From NCBI GenBank assembly GCA_965247095.1, contig OZ251997.1, positions 2,752,001 through 2,816,000 on the forward strand: DNA of 64,000 bases, written 5' to 3'. This document shows, in pieces, positions 1 to 8,598 of this stretch. Under the pieces are notes generated by a model. It saw only the letters and a program-made list of their open reading frames with translations. It searched no databases and was not told the DNA's origin. Origin of the DNA: Candidatus Multivorans sp. (GTDB lineage Bacteria; Acidobacteriota; Thermoanaerobaculia; Multivoradales; Multivoraceae). How positions within the stretch are numbered: the first letter of the stretch is position 1; each line of letters opens with the position of its first letter. Made by a program: the position numbers and the translations under genes.

Positions 1-504
1 CGCCGCGTCGAGCTCGGCTAGCGGCACCGACTCGAAGTCCTCCAGCGTGGGCCGGCCGTGGATCGCCTTGCGCGCCGTCCTGAGCGCGGGTTCCGGTTCG
101 CCCTCGAGGTAGGCGAAGAAGGCTGGCGGGTCCAGATCGCGCTTCGGCCGCAGCACCTGCAGGTGGTCCGCCCGGAAGCGGGCCTTCGTCTGCCGGCAGT
201 CGACCATCGGGTCGGAGAAGCCGCCGACGTGGCCGCTCGCCTCCCAGGCCCGGGGGTTCTGGATGATAGACGAGTCGATGCCGACGATGGACAGCGGAGC
301 GCCGTCCGGGCCGATCGGGGGGCACTCGACCATGTCGTGCCACCAGGCGTCGCGCAGGTTGTTCTTGAGCTGGACGCCGAGTGGGCCGTAGTCCCAGAAC
401 CCGTTGATGCCGCCGTAGATGTCGGACGCCGGGAACACGAAGCCGCGGCGCTTGGCGAGCGCCACGATGCGTTCCATCCGTTCGCTGCCTGTGGGTTGGG
501 ACAT
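1..504 (-). CDS. glyQS: glycine--tRNA ligase (homodimeric GlyQS type), N-terminal part; runs off the window start
   Basis: Manual translation from ATG at 504: MSQPTGSERMERIVALAKRRGFVFPASDIYGGINGFWDYGPLGVQLKNNLRDAWW...WEASGHVGGFSDPMVDC. These are class II GlyRS N-terminal motifs. Not in the ORF track because the gene is truncated. Confidence 0.92.
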   Translation of the reverse strand, partial: MSQPTGSERMERIVALAKRRGFVFPASDIYGGINGFWDYGPLGVQLKNNLRDAWWHDMVECPPIGPDGAPLSIVGIDSSIIQNPRAWEASGHVGGFSDPMVDCRQTKARFRADHLQVLRPKRDLDPPAFFAYLEGEPEPALRTARKAIHGRPTLEDFESVPLAELDAA

Positions 505-611
505 CCGCTGCTCCTTCCGCCGGGCCGGCGAGGAAGCGGAACGGTAGCACTGCCGCGCCTGCTCGACGTGCCGAACCCGGACGGCGGCTTGCTACGATCC
601 GCCCTTCCTCC

Positions 612-743
612 CGCCAGCCCGCCCTGGCGCGCGGCCTGCCGATCTGGATCTCGCCGCCCCTTTCCATCAACTCCGACGAGGTCGATGAGATGATGCGGAG
701 GCTGCTGGCGATGCTCTCCGAGTGGGAGAGCCTGGTCCTGTAG
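612..743 (+). pseudogene. possible remnant of the C-terminus of a class-III PLP aminotransferase
   Basis: Frame reads RQPALARGLPIWISPPLSINSDEVDEMMRRLLAMLSEWESLVL*, resembling the PPL-x-I-x-x-x-E-I-D C-terminal motif. No start codon and no rest of the gene. Confidence 0.35.
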
Positions 744-764
744 CGGCGCTGCCGACGGTCCCTG

Positions 765-1712
765 TCAGTTGTTGTCGGCGAGGCCTCTCTCTTCCAGCAT
801 TCGTTCTAGGTCTGCCAGACGCTCCTTCAGGCTCTCCAGGCGTTCCTCGAGGGCCTTCATGTCGGGGCGCCGCTCTTGGAGGAAACGTTGCACGTGTTCG
901 TGGCGCTCCTTCCACTCGTCGCCGTTGAAGTACTCCTGGATCTTCTCGTGCACGTCCTCGGGTCCTACGAACACGTCGACCTCGCCGTCGCCGTCAAGAT
1001 CCTCCCGGCCACGCAGGAAGAAGGAAAAGGAACCGGGCTTCAGGTCCTGACGCGGCCGTTCGTCCAGGGTCGTACTGAGGATCTCGACCTTGCCGTCCCG
1101 CCAGATCTCGAGATCGGCCGGATCTCCGGCTTCGGCGCGCCGAACCATGGAGGTCAGCCGCCGAGAACTGGGCACGTCCTCGCCTTCGAACCGAGTGAGG
1201 ATGTCGCCCACCTGAATGCCGGCGCGGGCCGCCGGGCTGTTCTCGGCAACGTTCGAGACCAGGACTCCGCTGTCCTCGGGCACCCCGAAGTGGGCGCGTA
1301 GCGGCTCGTTGAGATTGACGAGTTCAACGCCGAGATAGGCGCCGCCGAACAAGCCCACGGAATGTCCGCTCTCCATGGTGTTCCGAAGTGCCTCCTCCAG
1401 GGTCGCCCCGGCGCCCCTCGCGCTGATGCGGGCATTTGCCAGATCCTCAGCAGCGGGAATCTTGTCTCCTAGCACGAACACGAACGAGGGCTCGTCTCGA
1501 CCAAGCGCGCGGGCCAGACTCGCGGCTTCCTCCCCAGAGAGGACCTTGGCTCCGGACTCGCTGAGAACCCTGATCTCGGGCGGAATCTCTGGTGTCTCCT
1601 GGGCGAAGGCGCCCGGCGCCCAAGCCAGGGCCAGCGCTGCTGTCAAGGTGAGGACAAGGGGGCGGAAGCGATTGCCGGTTGCATTGCGAGCGGGAAGGCT
1701 GTTCGTGGTCAT
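765..1712 (-). CDS. exported PDZ-domain protein (no protease domain)
   Basis: Signal peptide ending in AFA; PDZ motifs YLGVEL and GVLVSNVAENSPAARAGIQVGDIL; C-terminal coiled coil. Confidence 0.8.
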   Translation of the reverse strand: MTTNSLPARNATGNRFRPLVLTLTAALALAWAPGAFAQETPEIPPEIRVLSESGAKVLSGEEAASLARALGRDEPSFVFVLGDKIPAAEDLANARISARGAGATLEEALRNTMESGHSVGLFGGAYLGVELVNLNEPLRAHFGVPEDSGVLVSNVAENSPAARAGIQVGDILTRFEGEDVPSSRRLTSMVRRAEAGDPADLEIWRDGKVEILSTTLDERPRQDLKPGSFSFFLRGREDLDGDGEVDVFVGPEDVHEKIQEYFNGDEWKERHEHVQRFLQERRPDMKALEERLESLKERLADLERMLEERGLADNN

Positions 1713-1724
1713 TGCGTGAATCTC

Positions 1725-2156
1725 CTATTGAATCCTGCGGCCGGCAACGGCGGTGTACCGCACCGGTAGTGGTTCGATGTCCCGCAGATCGAAGAGGACT
1801 TCGGTCTGGGGGTCGATGGACACCGGTACGAAGGGCTGGGAGTCCAAGGCCAGTCGGCGCAGCGACTCCAACTCCTCAATGAGTTCCCGGTGTTCGGATT
1901 TCAGTTGCTCGATGCTCTCCGCCGTCATCGGCGCCGGTTCGGGCGCCGACTGCCGGGCCCACCAGGCACCGGCGGCGGCCGAGGCGATGACTACAGCGAC
2001 GCAGGCCGCGGCGAAACGCAGTCGTGCGACTGGCGGGCGGGCCTCATCGGCCCGGACGCGCCGGAGAACGTCGGCCGTGAAGTCCGCCGAGGCTTCGACG
2101 CGGGGCAGGCGCTTCAGATCCGGGAGCGCGCGAGGGGTTCCGTCAGAGTCCTTCAT
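1725..2156 (-). CDS. putative membrane anti-sigma factor
   Basis: Overlaps the ECF sigma stop by 4 nt; short cytoplasmic N-terminus, one TM helix, then a coiled coil. Confidence 0.65.
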   Translation of the reverse strand: MKDSDGTPRALPDLKRLPRVEASADFTADVLRRVRADEARPPVARLRFAAACVAVVIASAAAGAWWARQSAPEPAPMTAESIEQLKSEHRELIEELESLRRLALDSQPFVPVSIDPQTEVLFDLRDIEPLPVRYTAVAGRRIQ

Positions 2157-2818
2157 CTTTGTCCTCCGTTCCAGTACTCGCTCAGGTCGTCGCGAAGCAG
2201 ATTCTTGCCGCGGTGGACCCTCGACTTGACCGTTCCTTCGCTGTACCCGAGCGTCTTGGCGATACGCGCGTAGGGCCAGCCTTCGATCTCCCTCAGCACG
2301 ACGGGTGCACGGTAGTGAAGTGGCAGGCGGCTCAGGGCTCTGGTGACGGCGTCTGCCGCCTCGGCGCCCAGGGCGGTTCTCTGCGGCGAGGGGACCGGCG
2401 CACGCTGCCGGTGCTCCGCGGTCAATGACGGCAGCAGTCCGCGCCAGCGGGCGGCCTTGCGTTCCTCGCTGCGAAGCTGGTTCGTGGCGATGCGGAACAG
2501 GTACGCTTGGAACTGGCCTCGTTCCCGGTAGCGGCTCGCCGAACGGTAGACGCGCACGAACGCGTCCTGAGTCAGATCTTCGGCGCGTTCGCGGTTGCGG
2601 GTCATTTGGGTCAAGTAGTTCACTAGGGGGTTCTTGTAGCGCTCCACGAGCTCGGCGAAGGCCTGCTCGTCGCCCTGATTGACGCGCGCCATGAGCCGTC
2701 CGTCGTCCGCGGCGCGGGCCACGTGGGCCGCGTCCGCAGGGGCGGTCATCTGCGCCGCGGTGCTTCGGAGCTTCGTCGGCACCGCCAGCGGGTCGGGCCT
2801 GAGCGCGGCCACGGGCAT
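2153..2818 (-). CDS. ECF (sigma-70 family) RNA polymerase sigma factor; start at 2818 or 2749
   Basis: Region 2 (AFAELVERYK...AEDLTQDAFVRVY...YLFRIATN) and region 4 (LPLHYRAPVVLREIEGWPYARIAKTLGYSEGTVKSRVHRG). The ORF-track extension to 3013 only runs through repeat DNA. Confidence 0.9.
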   Translation of the reverse strand: MPVAALRPDPLAVPTKLRSTAAQMTAPADAAHVARAADDGRLMARVNQGDEQAFAELVERYKNPLVNYLTQMTRNRERAEDLTQDAFVRVYRSASRYRERGQFQAYLFRIATNQLRSEERKAARWRGLLPSLTAEHRQRAPVPSPQRTALGAEAADAVTRALSRLPLHYRAPVVLREIEGWPYARIAKTLGYSEGTVKSRVHRGKNLLRDDLSEYWNGGQR

Positions 2819-2829
2819 TTCACTCTTAC

Positions 2830-2854
2830 AACGCGCGAGCGCGTGAAGTGTTCC
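2830..2854 (-). promoter_or_regulatory. putative ECF-type (autoregulatory) promoter GGAAC-N16-CGTT
   Basis: Minus strand reads GGAAC acttcacgcgctcgcg CGTT, 11 nt before the ATG at 2818. Confidence 0.55.
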
Positions 2855-2860
2855 AGCAGA

Positions 2861-2988
2861 GCGCCCGATGACGGGCGTTCTGCTGGTTCGCGTGTGGCGC
2901 GGAACGCGCCACCCGGGTTCCATCCGTGCGCCCGATGACGGGCGTTCTGCTGGTTCGCGTGTGGCGCGGAACGCGCCACTCGGGTTCC
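2861..2988. repeat. two tandem copies (period 67 bp) of a palindromic repeat element
   Basis: gcgcccgatgacgggcgttctgctggttcgcgtgtggcgcggaacgcgccac(c/t)cgggttcc at 2861-2921 and 2928-2988; internal hairpins cgcccg-atga-cgggcg and gtggcgcg-gaa-cgcgccac. Confidence 0.9.
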
Positions 2989-3034
2989 CGGTAGACTCCG
3001 CTTTTCCCGGCAATCAAGAACAGGAGAAGCGCGA

Positions 3035-3922
3035 ATGACCGTAGCCGAGATGAAGAGCACCCCCGAACCCGGAACCCGGGCGGCGCGTTCCGCGCCGCAC
3101 GCGAACCAGTCCGCGGGCGAGTCAACGAGCCCGCGGATGGAGTTGCGGGTCGATGTCCAGGACCGCGTCGCCCTGCTGACGTTCAACCGTCCCAAGAAGC
3201 TGAACGCCCTTTCCGCCGAGATCACCAGCGGCCTCCAGGAAGAGCTGCCGCGGCTGGCCGCCGACCCCGATGTCGGCGTGATCGTTCTCACCGGCGAAGG
3301 TCGCGCCTTCTGCGCCGGCGGCGACGTCTCGGGCATGGGCAAGTCGGGCGGCGCTCCGGCGACGCTCGAGCAGCGGATCGACAGTCTGCGGCGCGGCCAG
3401 GAGGCGGCGTGGCTCGTTCATTCCGTTCCCAAGGTCACGATCGCCCTGGTCAACGGCTTCGCCATGGGCGCCGGCCTCGGCCTGGCGGCAAGCTGCGATC
3501 TGCGGCTGGCCTCGAGCGCGGCGAAGTTCGGCACCGCGTACTCCAAGGTCGGCTACGGCGGCGACTGGGGCACGACCTGGCAACTGACCCGGCTGGTCGG
3601 TCCGGCGGTGGCCAAGGAGCTGTTCTTCACGGCCGACATCATCGATGCGGAGGAGGCGCGGCGCATCGGCCTCGTGAACCGCATCTACGACGCGGAGAGC
3701 TTCCACGCGGAGGGGATGGAGTTCGCGTCGCGGCTCGCCCACGGGCCGCTGGTGAGCTATCGCTGGATGAAGGAGAACGTGAACCTGGCGGTGACGCAGG
3801 ACTTCCGGACCATCCTCGACCGGGAAGCGATCTCGCACATCCGTTGCGGCGAGACCGACGATCACCGCGAGGGCGTCGCGGCCTTCATGGAGAAGCGGGC
3901 GCCGCAGTTCACTGGGCGCTGA
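3035..3922 (+). CDS. enoyl-CoA hydratase/isomerase (crotonase superfamily); alternative start 3137
   Basis: LTFNRPKKLNALS, GRAFCAGGD, VNGFAMGAG and EGVAAFMEKRAPQF motifs; AGGAG RBS before 3035. Confidence 0.9.
   Translation: MTVAEMKSTPEPGTRAARSAPHANQSAGESTSPRMELRVDVQDRVALLTFNRPKKLNALSAEITSGLQEELPRLAADPDVGVIVLTGEGRAFCAGGDVSGMGKSGGAPATLEQRIDSLRRGQEAAWLVHSVPKVTIALVNGFAMGAGLGLAASCDLRLASSAAKFGTAYSKVGYGGDWGTTWQLTRLVGPAVAKELFFTADIIDAEEARRIGLVNRIYDAESFHAEGMEFASRLAHGPLVSYRWMKENVNLAVTQDFRTILDREAISHIRCGETDDHREGVAAFMEKRAPQFTGR
3071..3109. repeat. inverted partial copy of the same element, inside the 5' end of the enoyl-CoA hydratase ORF
   Basis: The reverse complement ctggttcgcgtgcggcgcggaacgcgccgcccgggttcc matches the 2861-2921 unit with 2 substitutions. 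Confidence 0.85.
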
Positions 3923-3963
3923 GCAGACGACGTCGCCGGTATGGCGGCGCCGGGGCAGGCAAG

Positions 3964-3998
3964 AGCGCCCGAAGCTCCTTCGAGCCTCGGGCGCTTTG
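3964..3998. terminator. hairpin between convergent genes, probable terminator
   Basis: AGCGCCCGA-A-GCTC-cttc-GAGC-C-TCGGGCGCT followed by TT. Confidence 0.55.
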
Positions 3999-4044
3999 GC
4001 TGTGTGTTGGAACGGCCGACTGTGCCGTTTCGTGGTGAGCGCGT

Positions 4045-4737
4045 CTAGAACGAGAAGCCGATGCCGGCCAGGAAGTCGACGGGCTGTTCCGGCAGGGCGT
4101 CGCTGTCCAGGGCGTCGATGTAGCTGACGAACGCCGCCCAGGCGCCGCCGGAAAGGCCGAAGGTGACGTTGCCGTCGTACATGCCGCCGGCGAGGCCGTC
4201 ATAGGCGGCGGCGAAGTCGTCGCCGGCGTAGCCGGCCGAGATCGAGACGCTCCAGGCCAGCGCGCCGCTGGCGTCGCCGCCGAACGAGACGCCGAAGTTG
4301 GCGTAGAAGTCCTTGACCTCGTCGATGTCGTAGTACAGGGAGAAGCTGGGGGCGGCGACGATGTCCCAGCCGACCGTGGCGTAGATCTCGCGGGTGCCGT
4401 CGAAGGGCGTGTTCGGGAACAGGTACTCGATGAAGCCGACCTCGGCAGAGACCGCGTCCGTGCCGAAGCCGTAGGAGGCCGTGAGATCGATCTCGTTGAA
4501 CTCGCCGCTCATGTCGTTCGCGTCGTCGATGTCGAGGCTGCCCCAGACGTTGATGGCGAAGCCGCTGTCGTTCGAGGCGGTGACGGAGGGCTGGAACACC
4601 GCGCCGTCGGTGAAGGTGATGCCCCGCCAGACGTAGGCCGACGCGAAGTCGAGGGCGTATTCAGCGTCGGCCGACGCCGGAGCGGCGGCCAGGCTGAGCA
4701 GAGCGAGTACAACGAAGGTTGCTGATTTCCGGATCAT
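4045..4737 (-). CDS. TorF/TIGR02001-like outer-membrane beta-barrel (putative porin)
   Basis: Signal peptide; S-x-Y-V-W-R-G motif (FASAYVWRGI), QPS, EIDL; terminal Phe; GGAGG RBS. Confidence 0.8.
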   Translation of the reverse strand: MIRKSATFVVLALLSLAAAPASADAEYALDFASAYVWRGITFTDGAVFQPSVTASNDSGFAINVWGSLDIDDANDMSGEFNEIDLTASYGFGTDAVSAEVGFIEYLFPNTPFDGTREIYATVGWDIVAAPSFSLYYDIDEVKDFYANFGVSFGGDASGALAWSVSISAGYAGDDFAAAYDGLAGGMYDGNVTFGLSGGAWAAFVSYIDALDSDALPEQPVDFLAGIGFSF

Positions 4738-4781
4738 TGGTGACCTCCCTTAGGGCATGGTTGCCGGTAGCGCGTGGAGTT

Positions 4782-4798
4782 AGCAACACGGGTGCCAA
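4782..4798 (-). promoter_or_regulatory. sigma54 (RpoN) -24/-12 promoter for the TorF-like gene
   Basis: Minus strand TTGGCACCCGTGTTGCT matches TGGCAC-N5-TTGC. Confidence 0.85.
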
Positions 4799-4900
4799 CC
4801 GCGGCCGGCGCCGGCTGTTCCGGTGTCAAACCGTTGCGAGTCAAGGGCTTCGACCCTATGGTGTTGCGGCCGGTCTTGGTCGCGAATCCCAACCCGTTCG

Positions 4901-4913
4901 TACAATTTTGTTG
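4901..4913. promoter_or_regulatory. candidate upstream activator site for the sigma54 activator
   Basis: AT-rich near-palindrome tACAAttTTGTtg about 105 bp upstream of the sigma54 promoter, in otherwise GC-rich DNA. Confidence 0.35.
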
Positions 4914-4954
4914 CAGGCCGCATGAAGGGCAGACAAACGTGGGCGCACCCGGCG

Positions 4955-6478
4955 CTAGCCGGCGTAGCGGTTCGGGTCGATGCCGTACTTCTGGATCTTG
5001 TAGCCGGTGATCCGCGGCGTGGTGTGCAGCTTGCGCGACGCGGCCGCGATGTTCCCGCGGGCGCTCTTCAGGGCGTCGCGCAGGAGGTCGCGCTCGTAGT
5101 TCTCGACCAGGTAACGGAAGCTGCCCGGCGGCTCGGTGCCGGAACTCTCCGCGGTCTGAAGGGTCGGCGGCAGGTGGTGGGGGTGGATCACGTCGTTCCT
5201 TGCCACCAGGACCGCGCGTTCGATGCAGCTCTCGAGCTCCCGCACGTTGCCGGGCCAGTGATAGCTCATCAACATGTCGATCGCGGCGCTTGAGAGCCGG
5301 CGCACATTGGCGCCGTTGGCGCGCACGTAACGCTCCAGGAAGAAGTCGGCCAGTTGGACGATGTCCGACTTGCGCTTGCGCAGCGGCGGGACGTGGATGG
5401 GGAACACGTTCAGGCGGTAGAACAGGTCCTCCCGGAACTCGCCGTGCGCGGTCATGTCGGACAGGTTCTTGTTGGTGGCGGCGATGATCCGCACATCCGC
5501 CTTCAGGGTGCGGCTGCCGCCGACTCGTTCGAACTCCCGCTCCTGCAGCACCCGCAGCATCTTGATCTGGATCAGCAGGGGCACGTCGCCGACTTCGTCG
5601 AGGAAGATGGTGCCGGTGTGGGCCAGCTCGAAACGGCCCTTGCGTTGATTGATCGCACCGGTGAATGCGCCGCGCTCGTGGCCGAAAAGCTCGCTCTCGA
5701 TCACGCTCTCGGGAAGCGCCGCGCAGTGGACCTTGACGAAGGGCCGGGTGGCGCGGGCGCTGCTGTAGTGGATCGCCTGCGCCACGAGTTCCTTGCCGGT
5801 GCCCGTCTCGCCGGTGATCAGAACGCTCGTGTTGCTGCCTGAGACGATGGCGATCTGGTCGTACACCTCCTGCATCTCGTGCGAGTTGCCGACGATGTTG
5901 GCGGGTCGGAAGCGGTCGCGGAGTTGGACGCGCAGGCGCTCGTTCTCCTCCTCGAGCTGCTCCTTCTCCTCCTCGGCAGTGCGGCGCAGCTTGACCGCCT
6001 GGGCGATCAGGGCGCCGGCGATCAGGAGCACGCGGACGTCACCCTTCAGATCGTGGTCCGGGTCGTAGGACCGATCGACGCTGAGCGCGCCGTAGGTCTC
6101 GTTGCCCGTGCGAATGGGCACGCAAACGAAGGAGACCTCCGCGTTCGTGCCGCGACGGGTGCGGTCGAGGAAGATCTCGGACTCACTCGTCTTCGGGATC
6201 ACTTGGGGCTCGCCGGTCTCGATCACCTTGCCGGTGACGCCCTCGCCCAGGCGATAGCGGACCTGGGAGGTCTGCTGGCCGCTCAGTCCGTGGGCGACCT
6301 CGATGTGGATCTCGCCGGTCTTCCGGTTGAGCAGCGTGATCGTGCCGTGCTTCAGATTCAGGTGCTCGGCCAGCGTTGCGAGCGCGGGGTGGGTCACGTC
6401 ACGCAGCTCGAGGCTCCCGCCGAGCGTCTGGCTCAGGCGGTAGAGGAGTTCCAGTTCCCTGGGTTCGCGCGAGTTCAC
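4955..6478 (-). CDS. sigma54-dependent enhancer-binding protein, GAF-AAA+-Fis HTH (NifA-like architecture); alternative ATG start 6517
   Basis: N-terminal GAF; Walker A GETGTGKE; ELFGHERGAFTGA; FLDEVG; WPGNVRELE; C-terminal HTH. Confidence 0.92.
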   Translation of the reverse strand: MNSREPRELELLYRLSQTLGGSLELRDVTHPALATLAEHLNLKHGTITLLNRKTGEIHIEVAHGLSGQQTSQVRYRLGEGVTGKVIETGEPQVIPKTSESEIFLDRTRRGTNAEVSFVCVPIRTGNETYGALSVDRSYDPDHDLKGDVRVLLIAGALIAQAVKLRRTAEEEKEQLEEENERLRVQLRDRFRPANIVGNSHEMQEVYDQIAIVSGSNTSVLITGETGTGKELVAQAIHYSSARATRPFVKVHCAALPESVIESELFGHERGAFTGAINQRKGRFELAHTGTIFLDEVGDVPLLIQIKMLRVLQEREFERVGGSRTLKADVRIIAATNKNLSDMTAHGEFREDLFYRLNVFPIHVPPLRKRKSDIVQLADFFLERYVRANGANVRRLSSAAIDMLMSYHWPGNVRELESCIERAVLVARNDVIHPHHLPPTLQTAESSGTEPPGSFRYLVENYERDLLRDALKSARGNIAAASRKLHTTPRITGYKIQKYGIDPNRYAG

Positions 6479-6480
6479 AA

Positions 6481-6516
6481 CTGTCCAGCCCACTGTCCAG
6501 CCCACTGTCCAGCCCA
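6481..6516. repeat. 12-bp tandem repeat (ctgtccagccca)x3
   Basis: Directly visible; would encode (GWTV)n if the activator starts at ATG 6517. Confidence 0.9.
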
Positions 6517-6693
6517 TCGCCGCTGCAGTCGGGACGCAACTCGCCTATGCCGGAAACGGGATCCGAGATGGTAGGGCGCCAACCTCGGAATCGCGGCCGA
6601 CGTCTCCCTCCTTCGGCGGCGAACCTTCGTTGCCTTCGGCGCGAATCCTGTCACAGCCTGAGTGCGGGCCGCGATAGTTTCGGATCGAGCTTC

Positions 6694-7809
6694 ATGAGTA
6701 ATCGACCCTCCCATCCTGCCGGCAGCGTGCGCCGCCCGACCGAGTTCGCCGACGGGCAGGGACTGGAACCCCTCGAACCGCTCGATCTCGGCGCCGTCGG
6801 GTCCTTCTCGGATCTGCTCGCGGCAATGAAGTCGACTTCCTTCGGAGGCCGTCAGCTTGGCGAGGCGGCGGACGTGCTCCATGACATGGCGGCGGACCCG
6901 GACTGCCTGGTGGTCGGCACCTTCACCGGCGCGATGACCGCGGCCAAGCAGGGGCTCGTCCTCTGCGACATGATCGACCACGGGCTGCTCGACGCGATCG
7001 TCTGTACCGGGGCCCTGATGGTCCATGGCTTCGTCGAATCCGCCGGGATGATCCACTTCAAGGTTCCGGCGGGCGATGGCGCCCTCGATGACCGCTCCGC
7101 GTACTACGCCGGTTTCGACCGCATCTACGACACGCTGGAGCTGGAGAGCAACCTGGACCGCGTGGAGCTCATCGTCCACGCGATCCTGGAGCAGTGGCTT
7201 GAAGGCGAGGTCGCCTGTTCGCGCACCCTGAATAGGGCGTTCGGGCGGTGGCTGAGCGAGGGCGAGGGTTCGCCGGCAAAGGCAGAGCCGGGGGAGAGCC
7301 GGCCGGTGCGCGGTGTGCTGTCCTCAGCCTGGCGCCGCGGCGTCCCGGTCTACGTGCCCGCGTTCACCGACTCGGAGATCGGTCTCGACTTCGCGCTCTT
7401 CAACCGCGTGCGCCGCCGGCGCGGGCGGGCGCCGGTCCAGTTCGATCCGTTCCTGGACCTGGAGCACTACACGGAGCTCGTCGCGGGTGCGAAGCGGCTC
7501 GGCATCTTCACGATCGGTGGCGGCGTGCCGCGGAACTGGGCGCAGCAGGTGGCGCCGTACCTCGAGGCCGCGGCGCGCCGGGACGGCGAAGAAGCCGAGC
7601 CCCAGCGTTTCCGCTACGGCGTCCGCATCTGCCCGGAACCGGAGCACTGGGGCGGCCTTTCCGGCTGCGGCTACAGCGAGGGCGTGTCCTGGGGCAAGTT
7701 CGTGCCCGTCTCCGAGGGCGGCCGCTTCGCGGAAGTGCCCGCCGACGCCACCCTGGTGTGGCCGCTCCTCGTCGCCGGGGTGCTAGAGCGCCTGGGCGTG
7801 CGCAGCTAG
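6694..7809 (+). CDS. deoxyhypusine synthase-like protein (DHS/homospermidine synthase fold)
   Basis: SFGGRQLGEA, VYVPAFTDSEIG, IGGGVPRNW, WGGLSGC-x-Y-S-E-G-V-S-W-G-K (catalytic Lys motif), ADAT. Confidence 0.88.
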   Translation: MSNRPSHPAGSVRRPTEFADGQGLEPLEPLDLGAVGSFSDLLAAMKSTSFGGRQLGEAADVLHDMAADPDCLVVGTFTGAMTAAKQGLVLCDMIDHGLLDAIVCTGALMVHGFVESAGMIHFKVPAGDGALDDRSAYYAGFDRIYDTLELESNLDRVELIVHAILEQWLEGEVACSRTLNRAFGRWLSEGEGSPAKAEPGESRPVRGVLSSAWRRGVPVYVPAFTDSEIGLDFALFNRVRRRRGRAPVQFDPFLDLEHYTELVAGAKRLGIFTIGGGVPRNWAQQVAPYLEAAARRDGEEAEPQRFRYGVRICPEPEHWGGLSGCGYSEGVSWGKFVPVSEGGRFAEVPADATLVWPLLVAGVLERLGVRS

Positions 7810-7894
7810 CGCAGTTTCGTTGCGCGCCCTAGTCGAGCTTGACGGCGGTGCCGATCGCCGGAGTCCGCCATCGTCTTCTCCCTTGTTGCCGCTC

Positions 7895-8560
7895 TCAGAC
7901 CGCCTGGCTCGCCGGTAGCTCGTGTCCCGTCTGACAGGTCACGCCGGTACCGCCGAGGCCGCAGTATCCGCCGGGGTTCTTCGCCAGGTACTGCTGGTGG
8001 TAGTCCTCGGCGAAGTAGAAATCGGGCGCCTTGAGGATCTCGGTCGTGATCCGGCCGAAGCGGGCGGCGGAGAGCCGCTCCTGGTAGGCCCCGAGGGACG
8101 CCTCCGCGGCCCGCCGCTGGTCCGCAGAGTAGACATAGACGCCGGAGCGGTACTGGGTGCCGATGTCGTTCCCCTGGCGCATGCCCTCGGTTGGGTCGTG
8201 GCTCTCCCAGAAGATGCGGAGCAGCTCCTCGTACGAGGTCCGTTCGGGGTCGAACACCACGCGGACGACCTCGTTGTGACCGGTCATGCCGCTGCAGACC
8301 TCGCGGTAGGTGGGGTTCGGCGTCGCCCCGGCGGCGTAGCCGACCGCGGTCGTCATCACGCCGGGAGCCTCCCAGAACTTGCGCTCGGCGCCCCAGAAGC
8401 AGCCGAGGCCGAACATCGCCAGCTCGCTGCCTTCCGGGTACGGGGGCCGCAGTGGCGCGTCGAGCACCCAGTGGCGTGGGGGGACGGGCACGGTCTCGGC
8501 GCGGCCCGGAAGCGCCTCGCCCCGCTTGGGTATGCGGGTCTTGTCGAAGAACCAACTCAT
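7895..8560 (-). CDS. msrA: peptide-methionine (S)-S-oxide reductase
   Basis: GCFWG active site, [46 protein letters not shown]. Confidence 0.96.
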   Translation of the reverse strand: MSWFFDKTRIPKRGEALPGRAETVPVPPRHWVLDAPLRPPYPEGSELAMFGLGCFWGAERKFWEAPGVMTTAVGYAAGATPNPTYREVCSGMTGHNEVVRVVFDPERTSYEELLRIFWESHDPTEGMRQGNDIGTQYRSGVYVYSADQRRAAEASLGAYQERLSAARFGRITTEILKAPDFYFAEDYHQQYLAKNPGGYCGLGGTGVTCQTGHELPASQAV

Positions 8561-8598
8561 GGGAGGGGATTGTAGCCCCCGCGGCTCAGGCTGGCGCG

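Noticed and set aside
2861-2988. Possible CRISPR array
   Set aside because: Only two units of about 61 bp with a 6-bp linker, no unique spacers and no cas genes; dispersed copies indicate a REP/MITE-like element.
4955-6517. nifA / nitrogen fixation
   Set aside because: The architecture is NifA-like but there are no nif genes in the window, so no gene symbol was assigned.
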